Part shown: positions 8,837-17,550 of the stretch, piece by piece
How positions within the stretch are numbered: the first letter of the stretch is position 1
How the letters are laid out: each line of letters opens with the position of its first letter
Source: Chamaesiphon sp.
GTDB lineage: Bacteria; Cyanobacteriota; Cyanobacteriia; Cyanobacteriales; Chamaesiphonaceae
DNA: 64,000 nt
Reading direction: 5' to 3'
Assembly (NCBI GenBank): GCA_965246715.1
Contig: CBDFFH010000027.1
Span: 145,861 to 209,860, forward strand
Position numbers and translations under genes: made by a program
The notes under the pieces: model-generated
Database searches by the model: none
Seen by the model: only the letters and a program-made list of their open reading frames with translations
What the model was told of the DNA's origin: nothing

Positions 8837-10282
8837 TTACTCGACAATTTGAGCTTTTGCCCCTCGGCAGTCTGTTTCCCTCACTACAAATAAGGCAACC
8901 AGTAGTCCGACGATCGCGAAACCAACACTACCGATCTCTGCGGCTCCAAATCCTGCGGTCAATGCGATTCGCCCCGCATCTGCCACTCCATCCAACTGAG
9001 CGAGCCTTGCCTGCGTTCGAGCCGTTGAGACGGCAATCAGGATGGCGAGTCCCAACGCCGCTCCAATCTGCTGTGAGGTGTTGAGTAATCCAGATGCCAT
9101 CCCTTGTTCGCGATCGCTAATGCCCGCCGTCGCCGCGATCGTCACCGAAACCAGAGTCATCACGAAGCCCAAGCCAATGATGACCGTACCGGGCAACAAA
9201 TCCCGCACGAAGTTGCCCTGCACCGGAATGCGGCTCAGGTGTAAGAGTCCGACTACTACCAGCGTTATGCTGCCTGTCAGCGTCGTTTTGATGCCAAATC
9301 GGGTCGCACTTTGGGACGCGATCGGGGCAGCAACCATCGAGGCGATCGCATGGGGCAAAAATGCCAGTCCGGTTTGCAGAGCCGAATAGTGCAGCACCTG
9401 CTGCATGTACAGGGTCAAAATGAAAATCGTCGAGCCGATTGCGGCGTTCATGAGTAGTCCAATCAGATTTGCCCCAGTTAATGTTTGCAAGCGAAAGATA
9501 TCCAGTGACACGAGCGGATCTTGAGCATGTGCCTCAATCCAAACAAATGCTGCCAGTAGTACCAGCGCGATCGCAAATAAAATCAACGTTGGCGCAGAAC
9601 TCCAGCCCGATCCACTCGCTTGCTCTAACGCGTAAACCAGCACCACCAGTCCAGATGTCACCGTCACTGCCCCCAGGAGATCGATTTTATGGCCGCTCGA
9701 TCGCGCTTGGCTTTCTGGCAGCAGGATTGGTGTGAAGAAAAGGGTCAACAAGCCGAGTGGCACATTCACAAACATCACCCATCGCCAGCTCAAGGCATCC
9801 GTAAGAATGCCACCGAGTAATACACCCACCGCAAACCCACCCGCCGAGATCGCCCCCCAAACACTCAAAGCACGATTCCGAGCTGCTCCCTCAGCAAAAG
9901 TGGTAGTCAGAATCGAGAGGGCTGCTGGAGAAACGATCGCCGCTCCCAGTCCTTGCACGGCACGAGCCACAACCAGGATCGCTTGAGACTGAGCTAGACC
10001 CCCGATTAAAGAAGCGATTGTAAACAGTCCCAACCCGATCGTCAAGACGCGTCGCCGCCCAAACAAATCTGCCGCTCTACCGCCCAGCAGCAAAAAGCCG
10101 CCAAACGCGAGTGAATAAGCACTGACTATCCACTGTAAATTTTGCTGCGAGAAGCCCAAATCACGCTGGATGGAGTGGAGTGCCACGTTGACGATCGAGA
10201 AGTCGAGTACCATCATGAACCGAGCCGCACAGAGCAGCAGCAGGATCGGCCACGAGCGAGAGTTCGGTGTAGTTTGAGTCAT
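8837..10282 (-). CDS. DHA2/EmrB-type 14-TM MFS transporter
   Basis: LDFSIVNVAL, GGRAADLFGRRR, WRWVMFVNVP. Confidence 0.92.
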   Translation of the reverse strand: MTQTTPNSRSWPILLLLCAARFMMVLDFSIVNVALHSIQRDLGFSQQNLQWIVSAYSLAFGGFLLLGGRAADLFGRRRVLTIGLGLFTIASLIGGLAQSQAILVVARAVQGLGAAIVSPAALSILTTTFAEGAARNRALSVWGAISAGGFAVGVLLGGILTDALSWRWVMFVNVPLGLLTLFFTPILLPESQARSSGHKIDLLGAVTVTSGLVVLVYALEQASGSGWSSAPTLILFAIALVLLAAFVWIEAHAQDPLVSLDIFRLQTLTGANLIGLLMNAAIGSTIFILTLYMQQVLHYSALQTGLAFLPHAIASMVAAPIASQSATRFGIKTTLTGSITLVVVGLLHLSRIPVQGNFVRDLLPGTVIIGLGFVMTLVSVTIAATAGISDREQGMASGLLNTSQQIGAALGLAILIAVSTARTQARLAQLDGVADAGRIALTAGFGAAEIGSVGFAIVGLLVALFVVRETDCRGAKAQIVE

Positions 10283-10396
10283 TTGAGATTACTAATTTGG
10301 CAACTCCTCGGAACGTTGATTTACAAAGCATGAACGGTCGAATTTAGAACTCGAAATCTCAAGCCTGGTTGGAGGTTCGGGCGATCGAAATCTCAG

Positions 10397-11137
10397 TTAC
10401 ATGTTTGCGCCGCCATTGGCACAAATATCTTGTCCGGTTAACCACCGCCCTTCTTCGCTTACCAAAAATGCCACCACGGCTGCGATGTCTTGGGGCGTTC
10501 CGACGCGATTGAAGGGAGAACTGGCAGCGGCTCGCTGCTGCACTTCTGGCGGCAAATTGCCAAACATTCCAGGAATTGTGGGACCAGGCGTGACGGTATT
10601 GACGGTAATGCCGCGAGATCCAACTTCCTTTGCCATCACGACGGTAAACAGCTTGATGGCTGCCTTACTCGCTGTATAAAGTGCCATCCCCGATTCAGGA
10701 TAAAAGGTGGTCGAAGAGGAAATATTAACGATTCTGCCACCGTCATTCATGTGTTTAGAGGCTTCCTGCAACGCAAACAAAACGCCGCGAACATTCAGGT
10801 CAAATACTTTGTCGTACTCGTCTTCAGTCACATCCGAGATCGCGCCCATAAAACTCATGCCAGCATTGTTAACCAGAATATCGATGCGACCAAAGTGCTG
10901 CATCGTCTCAGCGAACAGACGGCGAATATCCGCCACCTGACTCAGACTGGCTTGGATTGCCACGCTCTTACTACCCGCTGCGGCAATCGCCTCTACAACT
11001 TCATTGGCTTCCCGTTCACTGCCAGAATAGTTGATGACCACCGTTGCCCCGTCGCGTCCCAACTGTTCCGCAATGCCTCGCCCGATGCCGCGCGACGAGC
11101 CAGTCACGATCGCCACTTTTCCAGTTAAAGGTGCCAT
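10397..11137 (-). CDS. Short-chain dehydrogenase/reductase
   Basis: TGSSRGIG, NNAG and YTASK motifs. Confidence 0.93.
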   Translation of the reverse strand: MAPLTGKVAIVTGSSRGIGRGIAEQLGRDGATVVINYSGSEREANEVVEAIAAAGSKSVAIQASLSQVADIRRLFAETMQHFGRIDILVNNAGMSFMGAISDVTEDEYDKVFDLNVRGVLFALQEASKHMNDGGRIVNISSSTTFYPESGMALYTASKAAIKLFTVVMAKEVGSRGITVNTVTPGPTIPGMFGNLPPEVQQRAAASSPFNRVGTPQDIAAVVAFLVSEEGRWLTGQDICANGGANM

Positions 11138-11218
11138 AAATGATTGTCCTCTATGTTAATTATTCAGCCGCTTGCACGAACGGCGATCGATCGGATGATT
11201 GACAAAGATCGCCAGAAA

Positions 11219-12112
11219 TTAAATTTTTGAAAGCACATCAATCGCGCTCGTCCACCGGACATCGGGATAGCGGTCATTATCCAGGGGTGTATTCTGGACG
11301 CTGAACATACTGTATAAATACTGCTTGAGTTGCCAGCTAGAATATACTTCTTTTTCTCCTTCTGGGTGAGCAGCGCGATCTTGTTTATTTAAGGTAGAGA
11401 AATCTACCAGACTGCCCATTGGAATGAGCTTGAATTCTGTCTTTTTAACTTCTTTGCCGATTGCCACCAATTCGTTCGGGCTAATTTGGAAACTGGCAAT
11501 TCGCAGAATTTTTGGAGTTGAGACATCGATCGCGGCAGCGGCAGTATAATCTGCCGTATTATCCATCGTTGTAAAGTCGATTTTCCAGTCGGGATTATCG
11601 CCCCAATAGCCGACGCTGTGATTTTTTACATCATAAAGCGGCGTGTTAGAGTTCAAAATTTCATTGGCAAAAGCTCCGTTCAAGATCGAAGTGGCTGCGA
11701 TCGAGGATTTGTCTAGATATTGATGAAACTCTTTTCGGAGATCGAAATTTCGATTTTCACCTGTGGGCAGTTTGGTAAAGTCAGAAGCAAAATCCGAGGG
11801 AATAAAGCGCGGTACACCTGCTGAGATTGCTGCATCCAGCAGTTTGATTTGCGAGTCAACAATTGTCTCGTGCAGTCCTGCCAAAGCCGAAACCACACAC
11901 GATGTGCCTTGACAGGCTTGTTTGAGTTCCTCGACATCCGACAGATCGACAGTAATTACTTTCGCACCGAGTGCGGTTAGTTTGGGGATTTTTTCCGGTT
12001 CGCTACCGTTGCGGACGATGGCGCGAACTTCTGCCCCTCTGGCTATCAATGCTTTAATGATTCGTCCGCCGAGATTACCCGTTCCACCTGCTACTAAAAT
12101 TGGCTGATTCAT
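11219..12112 (-). CDS. NmrA/isoflavone reductase-like NAD(P)-binding protein
   Basis: GGTGNLG Rossmann motif and RFIPSDF. Confidence 0.88.
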   Translation of the reverse strand: MNQPILVAGGTGNLGGRIIKALIARGAEVRAIVRNGSEPEKIPKLTALGAKVITVDLSDVEELKQACQGTSCVVSALAGLHETIVDSQIKLLDAAISAGVPRFIPSDFASDFTKLPTGENRNFDLRKEFHQYLDKSSIAATSILNGAFANEILNSNTPLYDVKNHSVGYWGDNPDWKIDFTTMDNTADYTAAAAIDVSTPKILRIASFQISPNELVAIGKEVKKTEFKLIPMGSLVDFSTLNKQDRAAHPEGEKEVYSSWQLKQYLYSMFSVQNTPLDNDRYPDVRWTSAIDVLSKI

Positions 12113-12465
12113 GATGTTTTGCACGTTTAAGTTTAAGGCTATATAATCGAACCTGTCTTCAGCTTAATGAACTTAATCGGCGAAATCTATCACGTTCTTG
12201 CTGTCTTGAATATATTGCTTAGGAGTGATACAAATCAGTCGCTTGAAATGTAAACCAAAGTGGCTTTGCGAGTCAAAGCCAGTTTCTGAGACGACTCGAT
12301 CGATCGACCAGTCTTGACTGAGGAAACGTTTTGGTCGGTGAGATCGCGATCGTGGACTAACGGCAGCGGGAAAAATGGCAGATCTGTTTCGCGTCCAGCA
12401 ACTTCGATCGCCACTTGTTGAAGTAAATCTAAACCGATCCGCAGTCCTCTAAAAGTGTAATCTCG

Positions 12466-12492
12466 TTGGCGGAGGCTCTTGCCTGAAGAGTT
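12466..12492 (+). repeat. 27-nt double-hairpin insert
   Basis: tcg-TTGGCGGAGGCTCTTGCCTGAAGAGTT-atcag; removing it restores ADSTDRDY. Confidence 0.75.
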
Positions 12493-12681
12493 ATCAGTCG
12501 AATCCGCCTGATGTGCTTCGCCCTGTTGTGTTATCACTAATGTATTTGCTGGCACGTTGTGAGTCGTGCCTCTGTAATTAAACTGCCAGCCGTTACCCTG
12601 CTTGATATTTAGCTCCAGTTCTTCGTGAAAATGACGGGGCAATGAATGAGCACTTTGACCAGCACTATGCAATAACTCGAT

Positions 12682-12703
12682 TACCTCCGGTAGGCTACGC
12701 CAA
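12682..12703 (-). repeat. 22-nt double-hairpin insert
   Basis: Identical to 7324-7345 and at the homologous codon (PS^IE). Confidence 0.9.
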
Positions 12704-13123
12704 CGAGGGTAGATAATGCGATCGCCAGATTCGAGTACGTGACTGCTGTGCTTTCATCGGTTATTTTAGGTACTAGTGGGAGGGCAAGGGGAACGCATCA
12801 AAATGGGATCTATTTCGATCGAATTTACCCATAAAGATTTACCTGCTTTTCGATCTCGATCGCAAATTTAATTAGGGTACTGCGAATTGCAATATGATAA
12901 TTAGCTATATTTGTGCGTATCTTGTGTCATTAAAACTCTTGATACTTATCTGTAATTTGTAAAACTACAATCTAACTGTAAACCAAGTTAGATCTAAAAT
13001 CACTCTGTCGAAAGTACTGGTTTTATATTTACAAGCAAACATAAAACTAAACACACAAATTATTGCAGATGGCCAAAAATATTTATTGAAACCCCGCCAA
13101 AAATTTAGGAAACTCCTGTCGTG

Positions 13124-13846
13124 TTATCCGCGAGATTGAGGAATAGGATTGCGTCTGGTGTACCAAGCGTGCATCAGCAGATTTTGAAAGAATAGTACAG
13201 GTGAGTCGAATCCTCCTACTGCAATAATTGAGGCAACTTCTGACGGTGGTAGCACAGCCACATCGCGACCATAGGCGGCACTAATTTTAGCCCGAACCAT
13301 TTCAATTGGCATCCCAGCAGATGCCATTATCCGCAGCCAAATATCCAGAAGTTCTGGATAGGTTAAAGCAGATCGATCGTAAGCAAGATCGGCATTAATC
13401 ATATACCCCTGAGAGCGCAGTCTTACAGCAATCTGATGAAAAAAGTTGCGCCGTTCCTCTGGTTGTAATAAGAACTGAGACACAAACAGGCAAGTTGCTG
13501 CATCAAATGTGTCCGATCCAGGTAGTGAATCAAGATAACCTTCGTAAAAAGTACAGCGGGAAGTGATGCCAATATCTTCGACCCGCTGGCGACAAATATC
13601 CAGCATCGGTGCCGCAGGCTCTACCAATGTGAACCGCCATTGAGGAAAGGCTTGGGCAAGATCGATTACTTCTGAACCAGTGCCGACACCAACGCAGAGG
13701 ATCTGGGCATCGCTTGGAAGTTCGGACAATATCCTACGCATGAGAAAATTCAGTGCATCGCGTGTCGGCGCAAACACGGCATTCCCTTTGTCATAGGAAG
13801 AAGCCATTTGCCGATCGAACACAATAGCTGATTCTTGATTTGTCAT
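13124..13846 (-). CDS. Class I SAM-dependent methyltransferase
   Basis: ILCVGVGTG motif I and FDAATC; likely start MTNQES. Confidence 0.88.
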   Translation of the reverse strand: MTNQESAIVFDRQMASSYDKGNAVFAPTRDALNFLMRRILSELPSDAQILCVGVGTGSEVIDLAQAFPQWRFTLVEPAAPMLDICRQRVEDIGITSRCTFYEGYLDSLPGSDTFDAATCLFVSQFLLQPEERRNFFHQIAVRLRSQGYMINADLAYDRSALTYPELLDIWLRIMASAGMPIEMVRAKISAAYGRDVAVLPPSEVASIIAVGGFDSPVLFFQNLLMHAWYTRRNPIPQSRG

Positions 13847-13937
13847 AATAAAACTAATAGTCAATCTAGTTTTACCATAGCGACTAGATCGACTATGGGC
13901 TACCAAATTATTGCTCAGTTTGTCAAAAACTTGCCCA

Positions 13938-14056
13938 TCAACCTTTCCGATACATGTTAGGTGTGCCTGTAGTAAATCGACAAAACGTGGCGGCAAAGTG
14001 GCTTTGACTCGCAAATCCAAGCTGATAACTAATATCGCTAATGGGTAATTGCGTCA
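13938..14056 (-). pseudogene. AraC C-terminal HTH remnant
   Basis: QLPISDISYQLGFASQSHFAATF...TPNMYRKG*. Confidence 0.7.
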
Positions 14057-14265
14057 TAGGGCACTGGTCTGTTAAAGAGGGAGAGATGAAAAGCTGCGCT
14101 GAGTCAAGAGTTCATGGATAGAAAATGGGCGAAGAGAGTAACCCATCGCCATTGAAGGAGTGACACATTTGCCAAGACCCCAATGCGGTTTAACCCAGAT
14201 TTTGCCAGAAATTCAAAATAAGGAATTTCTGGCAAGGTAAGCATAGCTCATATTACTTAATAGAG

Positions 14266-14389
14266 TTGACAAACCAGTCATAACAGGCTAAAAGTAAGAC
14301 AAGCCCATAAAATAGCCCACGTAGTTATTTTAAATGGCTGTAAGCCTTGTATGACAAGGCTTGTGACTCTATTAGCACTACTTTGGGGT
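14266..14389 (+). repeat. Left copy of a ~124-bp inverted repeat with att core and arm-like sites
   Basis: Ungapped inverted match to 15702-15825; contains AGCCCATAAAATAGCCCA and the core CACTACTTTGGGGT. Confidence 0.9.
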
Positions 14390-15522
14390 TGTAGATGGCT
14401 TGTTCCAATATCAACAAACAAACATTCACTGCCGATCGCGTGAGCGTAAGTAGATAACATCATGCGCTTATCATGTCCAGTCTGTTCTGCCAGTGCGATG
14501 TAATTAGCACCGTTATGAAGCGCATGAGAGATGGCAGTGTGTCGAAGATTGTATGGTGAGCGATATTCGATCTGGCAGCTTTCAAGTATGGTTTTCCATG
14601 CTCTTCTTCTAAACGTATGGTCATTGATGGGCAAACCTTTGGGGCTGGGAAATACCAGATCGTCCGGCTGTGGCGATAGTCGATTGAATCTGGCTACCAA
14701 CATCGCTCTCACATTCGGCGGTAACTGGATAGTGCGATGCTTTCCCGTTTTGGTGCCCTTTTGGTTTTGATGGCCGCGAGAGATGGATTCCCCGATCCAT
14801 ACTGTGCTGTAGTCCGAACCTAGATGCTGCCATCGCAACCCTGCAACTTCGCCAAATCTGCAAGCAGTAGAGGCGAGAAAGATGATGAACTCAGTGTAGT
14901 GAGAGTAATATGGATCGATCGCGAACGCTGAGATAATCGCTTGGAGTTCGGCAATAGTGAAGGGTTTCTTCTGTTGCCGATTTGGGGCTTTGTGACCCCT
15001 GGTAATCGTAGTGGTTAAACAACACTCCCAGGGATTAGATTCGGCAACGTGGTACTTTCCCTTAGCCCAATCCCAGCAAGCTTTTAAATAGTACAGATAT
15101 GATTTGACTGTCTTACTTGATGCCGATTCCAACCATTTAGTGACCAGATCCTTTGCTACAGGCTCAGTCACTTTCTCGGCAGGTTTATCACCGAGTAACC
15201 GATCGAGTTTGGACAGGATCGCTTTAAGTCTTAGCCCCGATCCGTGAGTTATTCCCCGCTCTTGTTGATGGAAGGGAATATATTTCTCAAATAGTTCGAC
15301 TGCACTAATAGCCGTGGGATCGTTCCCAAGCTTGCGAGGTTTGTATCTGAATAGTGTAGTATCGAAGTTTCCGTAGTTGATGTCTTTCTCGATCTGTGCC
15401 ATCTTCATCTTGGCAGCAGACATCCCCACCGGATTATTGTGTTTGGGCAGACTGAAGCTATAGGGCTTGCCATCGTGCGAAAACCTGATAAGTAGGCTAT
15501 TGCCGCGTTTTTCAATGTGCAT
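14278..15522 (-). CDS. Tyrosine recombinase/integrase with an N-terminal Arm-type DNA-binding domain
   Basis: TACRFGE (R), YNLRH (HxxR variant), TGH and Y; N-terminal beta-rich LLIRFSHDGKPY; the C-terminal tail runs through the att repeat. Confidence 0.92.
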   Translation of the reverse strand: MHIEKRGNSLLIRFSHDGKPYSFSLPKHNNPVGMSAAKMKMAQIEKDINYGNFDTTLFRYKPRKLGNDPTAISAVELFEKYIPFHQQERGITHGSGLRLKAILSKLDRLLGDKPAEKVTEPVAKDLVTKWLESASSKTVKSYLYYLKACWDWAKGKYHVAESNPWECCLTTTITRGHKAPNRQQKKPFTIAELQAIISAFAIDPYYSHYTEFIIFLASTACRFGEVAGLRWQHLGSDYSTVWIGESISRGHQNQKGTKTGKHRTIQLPPNVRAMLVARFNRLSPQPDDLVFPSPKGLPINDHTFRRRAWKTILESCQIEYRSPYNLRHTAISHALHNGANYIALAEQTGHDKRMMLSTYAHAIGSECLFVDIGTSHLQPQSSANRVTSLVIQGLQPFKITTWAILWACLTFSLL

Positions 15523-15666
15523 AAAAACAGTGGGTGAAATGGTGGGCGACGTACCAGCCAAACCACGCAAAACAGCACATTATTTTGAGTGCATAGACAC
15601 GAAAAAGCGGCTGTTAAGAAATGGTTGGTTTCCTAAAAGCTTTGCCAGCAATATGTTTCAATCAAA

Positions 15667-15715
15667 TCGGAACGAGAGGATTTGAACCTCCGACCCCTAC
15701 TACCCCAAAGTAGTG
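15667..15715 (-). tRNA. 3' fragment of tRNA-Pro(GGG), serving as an att site; not a full gene
   Basis: Anticodon arm CTACT-TTGGGGT-AGTAG, T-arm GGAGGTTCAAATCCTCT and acceptor 3' strand CGTTCCGA; the D-arm and 5' half are absent. Confidence 0.85.
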
Positions 15716-15825
15716 TAGCTAAAGATATAAGCCTTATCTTCCAAGACTTCCAGCCATTAAAAATAACTACATGGGCTATTTTATGGGCTAGTCTCATTTT
15801 CAGCCTGTTATAGTTGGTTTGTCAA
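15702..15825 (-). repeat. Right copy of the ~124-bp inverted repeat
   Basis: Inverted counterpart of 14266-14389. Confidence 0.9.
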
Positions 15826-15838
15826 GTTTATTCACACA

Positions 15839-15879
15839 GCGATAATCGATCGATAGAGCAACAAACCGATCGATTATCG
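15839..15879. terminator. Hairpin built on CGATCG sites (possible terminator)
   Basis: GCGATAATCGATCG ... CGATCGATTATCGC, 14-bp stem. Confidence 0.4.
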
Positions 15880-16046
15880 CCAGCTATCTGTCAAATTCGA
15901 TCCGCTTTCTCGGTTCGTTCTGTTTTTGCTTTTTCCTGGTAGCGAAGCTTCTCTGGATCGAGCGTTCCCAGTCGATTGCGACCGACATTAACCGTGTCGT
16001 CTAATGGCGATCGTGTTCGGTAAAGATAGACGAGAAGACTCACAAC

Positions 16047-16101
16047 ACTTGACATCTCTTACATTACTTTAGATAATAAAGATAACTTGACATCTCTTAC
16101 A
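16047..16101 (+). promoter_or_regulatory. Sigma70-type promoter with a 17-bp direct-repeat operator
   Basis: TTGACA(16049)-N17-GATAAT(16072); ACTTGACATCTCTTACA at 16047 and 16085. Confidence 0.7.
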
Positions 16102-16112
16102 AGGAGATTTTT

Positions 16113-16682
16113 ATGGTTGTTACTCTCGATCCGCAAACAGCGCAACACCTCGAAGCTTATCAAGCTCTCAGTTCTACCGAGCGCGAACTTGTGACCCAAG
16201 CCCTCGAACGAGTTGCCAGTAAAGAAACATCAGATCCCGCGATCGAGACTCTAGCAGAATCGATCGCTGGCAGATCCTTTACCCGCACCGAACGCATCCA
16301 ACTAGAAATAGAAACCCTCAGCAGACATTTCCAGCACCGCCGCCAACTGCTCGATACAGCTATTAGTGCTAGCCATGTGGCACAGATCTTGGGCACTTCT
16401 CGCCAAACCCCTCACGATCGGGTTGGCAGTCAATCCCTAATCGCTATTAAAGAAAACGGTAAATTCTGCTTTCCAGTTTGGCAGTTCGACCCGACAGGAT
16501 CGGATGGGGTTATCGATGGCTTGCCAGATATCCTCAAGGCTTTGCAAGTATCCGACTATAGCAAGCTCAATTGGCTGACTCGCCCCAACCCCTATTTAGA
16601 CAACCTCACCCCAATTGAGGCTCTGAAGCAGGGAGAAAAAGAGCGTGTCTTAGCCGAAGCTAAGGCGGTAGGAGCGATCTGA
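16113..16682 (+). CDS. Antitoxin of a RES-type TA pair (MbcA/ParS/Xre-like C-terminus)
   Basis: FPVWQFD, WLTRPNPYLDNLTPIEALK; coupled to the RES gene. Confidence 0.8.
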   Translation: MVVTLDPQTAQHLEAYQALSSTERELVTQALERVASKETSDPAIETLAESIAGRSFTRTERIQLEIETLSRHFQHRRQLLDTAISASHVAQILGTSRQTPHDRVGSQSLIAIKENGKFCFPVWQFDPTGSDGVIDGLPDILKALQVSDYSKLNWLTRPNPYLDNLTPIEALKQGEKERVLAEAKAVGAI

Positions 16683-17311
16683 TGGTTCGGATCGCTCTGC
16701 CACCTCCCTCAAAACCTCCTTCCCCCTCGTTCCGTACCCTTGCGGCTGGTACTAGCATCCTGCGGATTTTCGATCCTACCCGCTACGGCACTACCGCTCT
16801 AACTTTCCGTTATTACGGGCCGATCGGTCGATTCGACCACCAACGTCCCTTGCCTAAAGGTGGATGTACTGAGGATTTAAAACGCGGTATCTCCTACGCT
16901 GGGTTGACTCTCTCTTGCTGTCTGGTTGAGTGTTTTGGCGATAGCGGAGTTATCGAACTCAAAGGACAACAAATCGGTCGCATCCAGATCGAGCGCGAGC
17001 TTAACCTTCTAGACTTGAGAGGGAATGGAGCGATGAGGGCTGGCTCCGTCGCGGCTTTGGCTAAAATTGCCGATCGGCAGATCTCTCAAGAATGGTCGCG
17101 CTACTTTTACGAACGAACGGAATTGTATGGGCTAATAGATGGTATTAGCTACTTCAACGCTCACAATGATGAGGAAGCATTTGCTTTGTACGAACGAGCG
17201 CAATCTGCCTTGGTTTGCCCAGATTCTCAAATTCTATCCTTAAATCATTCCAGTCTTCGTCCTGCCATTCAACAAGCATCTCTTGCCAACCATTTGGACT
17301 TTCTACCGTAA
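16682..17311 (+). CDS. RES domain toxin (NAD+ phosphorylase-like)
   Basis: GRFDH, YAG...CLVECF, LLDL, DGISY, ALYER. Confidence 0.85.
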   Translation: MVRIALPPPSKPPSPSFRTLAAGTSILRIFDPTRYGTTALTFRYYGPIGRFDHQRPLPKGGCTEDLKRGISYAGLTLSCCLVECFGDSGVIELKGQQIGRIQIERELNLLDLRGNGAMRAGSVAALAKIADRQISQEWSRYFYERTELYGLIDGISYFNAHNDEEAFALYERAQSALVCPDSQILSLNHSSLRPAIQQASLANHLDFLP

Positions 17312-17344
17312 CGAGCGAATTAGCATCGATCGGATGGCGTGGTA

Positions 17345-17465
17345 TTCATGTCCTTTGACAAGTACTAGTATTTTTGTTCTATAATAAGTTGGAAATCTAA
17401 TTGCTTGCGATCGAGATGAATACGTTTACCCTCCATAACGCGAAATCCCAGTTCTCCAAATTATA
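17345..17465 (+). repeat. Duplicated promoter plus phd 5' remnant (copy of ~35260-35380)
   Basis: Shares tactagtatttttgttctataataagtt...aaatcccagttctccaaatta with the other copy; contains a LexA-box-like AGTATTTTTGTTCT. Confidence 0.85.
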
Positions 17466-17550
17466 GTTATTAGCAGTAATTAGATCGGTTTGGCTCGAAC
17501 GATCGATCTTCACTCAATCGGTTAGCTGAATCCTCAGTTCACCTAAATTT

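Larger units (their letters stand above)
12176..12757 (-). pseudogene. AraC-family paralog with two micro-inserts and an internal deletion
   Basis: Cupin part is nearly collinear with 6481-7399; most of the HTH is missing; the 3' end (SQSHFGLHFKR...DSKNVID) is retained. Confidence 0.85.

Noticed and set aside
13847..14020. N-terminal extension of the methyltransferase ORF
   Set aside because: Shadow of an AraC remnant and intergenic DNA
15667..15715. Functional tRNA gene
   Set aside because: The 5' acceptor strand and D-arm are missing
15939..15960. Possible further micro-insert (TAGCGAAGCT...ATCG)
   Set aside because: No second hairpin and no CG-TT left junction
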